The translations under genes and the position numbers were made by a program. From contig CAVNZM010000008.1 in the NCBI GenBank assembly GCA_963693365.1, forward strand, positions 248,001-312,000: a DNA stretch of 64,000 nt, written 5' to 3'. The notes under the pieces were generated by a model that saw only the letters and a list, made by a program, of their open reading frames with translations, made no database searches and was not told the origin of the DNA. Each line of letters opens with the position of its first letter. Within the stretch, counting starts at the first letter, position 1. Of this stretch, positions 51,291-64,000 are shown piece after piece. The stretch is from Amoebidium appalachense. Taxonomy: Eukaryota > Protista > Ichthyosporea.

Positions 51291-51900
51291 CCAAATATGG
51301 TAACTTGAGACCCCAATAAAGATAAACACCCTCGTGGTGGGTATTACCGCCAAGTATGGTAACCTGTCCCCCTCCCCCCCCCCCCCCCTCCCCCTTCCTC
51401 GGTTAAGGTCACATAACCTTATGGTGTGTGTTACCCCAAATATGGCAACCTTGCCCTTTTAAAGGAGCACCTTAAAGATATATATTCTTATTGGGTGTAT
51501 TACCCAAATATGGTAACCTGGACCCCGTTTAAGTATGATAACCTGTCCCCCTCCCCCCTCCCCCCTCCCCCCTTCCTCGGTTAAGGTCACATAACCTTAT
51601 GGTGTGTGGTACCCCAAATATGGCAACCTTGCCCTTTTTAAGGAGCATTTTAAAGGCATATATTCTTATTGGGTGTATTACCCAAGTATGGTAACGTTGA
51701 GGGAATCTTAAAGGCACATATCCTTAATATTTGTATGGTCTGTACCACCCCAAAGATGCAGACTTGCAATTGGATCCCATTAAAGATACATCCTGTGAAA
51801 ATCCGCCAATCACTGTTACCACCGACCTTAACCCATACATCGACTCCTCCTGTAAGGCGCATGTATATCAATGGGGGTGCAGAATACCAAATATGGCAAC
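51291..51900 (+). repeat. Degenerate ~60-85-bp satellite with core CCAA(A/G)TATGG(T/C)AAC and a ~180-bp higher-order duplication
   Basis: Cores at about 51291, 51350, 51436, 51504, 51614, 51682 and 51887. The block at about 51352-51517 is repeated at about 51531-51695. Confidence 0.8.
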
Positions 51901-52549
51901 TAATTAAGGGCTTCATAGGATGTGTGTGCACGGGGAGTGATTGCATGTGCAGCCTCACTCATACGTATGTGGCTGTGTACACATGAACAATGTGGGTATA
52001 TTTATCCACTATGTGGGGGTACATCCATATGCGGCCGTGGGAAGCCGTTGTAGCGGACGGGAAGATGGAAGGAAGCCACCGAAAGAGAAGGCTGCAATGG
52101 CCCTACATTACAGGCAATTGCAATGGATCGAGGTTGAGATTGTTGGTTTTGCCCACCTCCCTAGGCCTGGCTTAGCCAGCGGTACTATCAGTAGCACTTA
52201 GAGGTGGGGTGGACATCGGGCTGGGGGGAGGGGGAGGGAGGGCGGGGGAGCTCATCGACGGATATCTTTGCCATGGGGTTGTATTCACAGATACATTGAA
52301 ATCACGAATGCGTGTGTGTACACTGTGTGGGAGACTTTTTTTCCTTTTTTTTTTTTTTTTTTCCCTTTTTGGGTGGGTGGGTATGGGGGGGGGGGGGGGG
52401 GGGGGGGGGGGGAGGAGTGGGGGGTGGGAGAGGGGGAGAAGGGGTGGAGGGGGAGGGGGGAAGGGGAGGGATGACCATGGCCGATGTGTGCACTGATAGA
52501 TAGGCACGTACACGCCTTATTTCCTACATGCATCTGTAGCAACTAGAAT

Positions 52550-52802
52550 GCACACATTAGAACATCAGGCTGTCTTTAAGACATGCTGCACACTTTAGAA
52601 CACCAGGTTGTCTTTAAGGCATGCTGCACACTTTAGAACACCAGGCTGTCTTTAAGACATGCTGCACACATTAGAACACTAGGTTGTCTTTAAGGCATGC
52701 TGCACACTTTAGAACACCAGGCTGTCTCTATGGCATGCTGCACACTTTACTTTAGAACATCAGGCTGTCTTTAAGGCATGCTGCACACTTTAGAACACCA
52801 GG
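52550..52802 (+). repeat. 38-bp minisatellite (gcacactttagaacaccaggctgtctttaaggcatgct), about 6.5 copies
   Basis: Directly visible, downstream of the USP stop codon. Confidence 0.92.
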
Positions 52803-53086
52803 TCCACGTTTCATTTTTATTCTGCATACGTACATACGGTATGGTACCAGGCTTGATTATCATGCTGCAGTAAGATACATATCATTGGGTGTCATTTACC
52901 TATGCACGGCACACAGTGCTCGTATTACAGTACCAGACTGAGTGAGATTCATGTGTTTTCTGTCCTGTCTAACCCACACATGCAAATTAACCGACTGGTT
53001 CAGCACGGGATAATCATTCACGCCACTCCCCTCCCAACCCTCTCAACCCACACCCCACATTCATGCCCGTGTGCCTGCCTGCCCCC

Positions 53087-62532
<9,446 letters not shown>

Positions 62533-62829
62533 GGTGATGGCACCCAACTGCTAAGAGGGTGAGTTGAAGAGACCAATGCTGGCAGGATATGGTGTGGTCC
62601 CAACTACTCGTGTAGGCTACCGTGACACCGGTAAGGCAGTGCGGGCAATAAGAGGCCAAGCTGCACGTGCAAATTCAAACACTCGCCGTGTTCAACTTGA
62701 AAGTAAGTTACGAACACTGTTACGAACACTATTTGCCTGCTGTGACCGAAACACAAAGCACCAGCACCTGAAGGCTGCAGCCCCATGGCTGAGGCCCTCG
62801 CCACATAGCGTCCCAAAAGCAAGGGTGAC

Positions 62830-62995
62830 TAGAAGCCAATGAAACGGCTATATATGAGGTATTCAAAATAGATCTGGCGACACCCAGAGCTGATAAGCCA
62901 ATAGGACACCAGAGAACTCCTAAACAAAGCGGGTGGCTCACAGGAATTGTGATTCGCGTAATAAAGTAGGTGGTGCTGTCTAGACCAATCTAATC
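62830..62995. promoter_or_regulatory. Cluster of three CCAAT boxes upstream of the USP gene
   Basis: CCAAT at 62836, 62898 and 62985 in repeat-free, CpG-containing DNA 300-450 bp upstream of the putative ATG 62532. Motif match only. Confidence 0.3.
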
Positions 62996-63474
62996 TGCCT
63001 GCCGTGATCACTGTCTGAGTTTGTCTACGGTCGCACCGTGTTGAAGAATCAAAGGAAACAAAGAAAAAGAAAGCTACAGAACGGAAAAAATACATATATA
63101 ATATATATACCTATATATATTTTGGAAGATTAACTCGCAATAAAGTTATTTAACTTGATACATTTCAGGTTCATCTGCATACCAGTGCTGGACCGCTGGT
63201 GCTGAAAAAAAAATCACAGCTGTCTGGCAGAAGTAACCATATATGGATTATCTTCAGCCATCATGAGCCCGCTTTTTTTTTTTTTTTTTTTTTTCAACAA
63301 GTCGCCGTGCCGGGCTTGATCATGAACTTCTTCTTCAGCTGGCCGTGACCGTTCGAAAGGTTCTCCGAGTCTCAGTTGAGTAGATTCTGTCTACGAGTCA
63401 CAACAAGGATTTTGCGTTGACGTTATCTGTATAGAAAATGAGTCACCAAAGCGGCATAGGCGGTATACTGCAAA

Positions 63475-63508
<34 letters not shown>

Positions 63509-64000
63509 TCCCTCCCCCCTCCCCACCCCCTCCCCTCCCCCCTCCCCTCCCCCCGGCCCCCCCCGTTATTCCCACTACTCCCGTCTTAACCCCTTCCCCC
63601 CTCCCCCCTTCCCCTCCGCTTCCCTTCCTCCCCCCTCCCCTCCCCCCCTCCCTCCCCCTCCCTCCCTCCCCCCTTTACCTAAGCGGAACTGTCTCAAAAC
63701 CCAGGCCCGCTTTTTGTAACCATGCTAATTGCCTGCTTTAACCTCTACTTCTTGAGCAAGGATGTGCTTGCTTTCTCAAGGATTTATGCCTAAGGGAGAC
63801 TTGTGTAAAATTAAGATCTTGGACATGAAAATTTTGACAAATTTGAACCACATTTAGTTAGAGTGGGGGTCAGTTGTAAGGATTTGTGTGCGATTGATTG
63901 AGTACAGAGCGCGTTTCCCTCAAACCCAAAGCATGCCGCGAATGCGTGCAGGGGAACTGTAGTTATGAACATGGTGACGCTAAGTGGTGGGGCAGTGACG

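Noticed and set aside
51291-51900. CRISPR-like repeat-spacer array
   Set aside because: The core is only about 14 bp, the spacers are related to each other and duplicated, there are no cas genes, and the context is eukaryotic.
52550-52802. CRISPR-sized 38-bp palindromic repeats
   Set aside because: The copies are head-to-tail with no unique spacers.
63270-63420. Poly(A)-tailed retrocopy on the minus strand
   Set aside because: A T-run is present, but I found no target-site duplication or recognisable parent sequence.

Overview
This is eukaryotic genomic DNA. Exons are GC-rich and short; introns are full of (CA)n/(GT)n tracts, C/G homopolymers and minisatellites, so most ORFs in the supplied track are repeat artefacts. 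A Runt domain points to Holozoa, and the compact intron-rich genes suggest a unicellular holozoan (ichthyosporean, filasterean or choanoflagellate); that placement is inference. Manual exon stitching gives, in order: a 5'-truncated non-LTR retrotransposon fragment (RNase H plus zf-RVT, minus); an 8-exon aldo-keto reductase (+); a 15-exon SRP54 (+); a Runx-family gene (minus) whose Runt domain appears to continue in phase into an IPT/TIG domain and ankyrin repeats; a PEBP-family gene (minus); a class I SAM methyltransferase with a mitochondrial-type presequence (+); and a USP4/11/15-like deubiquitinase (minus). The best candidate for something new is the Runt-IPT-ANK transcription factor, which has an NF-kB/CAMTA/Spt23-like layout. 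Secondary signals include a TA-flanked pogo-like insertion, a foldback element, a dispersed structured intronic repeat, minisatellites built from splice sites, and branch-point-dominated 3' splice sites. Long homopolymers suggest consensus errors, so frameshifts and some exon boundaries are uncertain. All coordinates were derived by eye.
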